Shown here in pieces: positions 63,901 through 64,000 of a stretch of 64,000 bases of DNA. The DNA is from Gammaproteobacteria bacterium. GTDB taxonomy: Bacteria > Pseudomonadota > Gammaproteobacteria > Ga0077536. The stretch is taken from the NCBI GenBank assembly GCA_963662545.2, contig CAXXLL010000003.1, positions 1,920,001 to 1,984,000 of the forward strand, in the 5' to 3' direction. Position 1 is the stretch's first letter; every line of letters starts with the position of its first letter. The notes below the pieces were generated by a model that saw nothing but the letters and a program-made list of their open reading frames with translations, was not told the DNA's origin and did no database searches. The position numbers were made by a program, and so were the translations under genes.

Positions 63901-64000
63901 CGCTGGTGCCGCTGATGCCGCTGCTGCTCGAGAAGCTGAGCGTTCCTCCGGCTTCGTTATCGAACGCGCCCGCGTTCACCAGCGTAATGCCGGCGCCGCC
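57963..64000 (-). CDS. Giant beta-helix adhesin/TpsA-like protein (5' end outside window), frameshifted at the G-tract 61070-61075
   Basis: G/N/T-rich repeats, PG.SPG motifs; ORFs 61046-63979 and 57963-61070 join. Confidence 0.85.
60709..61741. repeat. Near-identical ~373-bp intragenic duplication (60709-61081 / 61368-61741)
   Basis: Identical translated block LRNNALL...HRNEV; differs by C6 vs C7. Confidence 0.9.

Noticed and set aside
1-64000. Integron integrase, reverse transcriptase or group II intron
   Set aside because: No tyrosine-recombinase or YADD-type motifs seen in any ORF; intI, if present, should lie left of the window

Overview
The window has two parts. Bases 1-29,650 are the distal end of a large, sedentary-type integron cassette array on the + strand. 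It has about 25 attC sites, mostly one ~110-bp family (ACCTAACAAATGGATCAACC...GGTTATCCTAGCGTTAGG), and no intI in view. About 10-11 cassettes are toxin-antitoxin pairs, and several encode paralogous membrane proteins. At least ten IS copies are present (IS3 x2, IS30 x3, ISL3, IS481, IS4/IS10-like, ISNCY/IS5-like x2), mostly inserted in or right beside attC sites. Most novel signal: six unrelated cassettes carry a 24-bp sequence resembling the IS30 terminal inverted repeat. It starts at the ORF stop codon, and in five cases lies 26-27 bp before attC (the sixth abuts an IS30). All three full IS30 copies end exactly 4 bp before an attC. Bases 29,900-64,000 are chromosomal genes, probably from a proteobacterium (inference): YyaL, an IS256 pseudo-element, several oxidoreductases, acetoacetate-CoA ligase, a stand-alone GHKL ATPase between direct repeats, two MITEs, a cyclase fusion, a GT87 + UDP-apiose/xylose-synthase-like + GT2 cluster, a frameshifted CPA2 antiporter, a BVMO, and a TpsB-FecR-giant beta-helix locus. 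All calls are by eye; no database searches were run.
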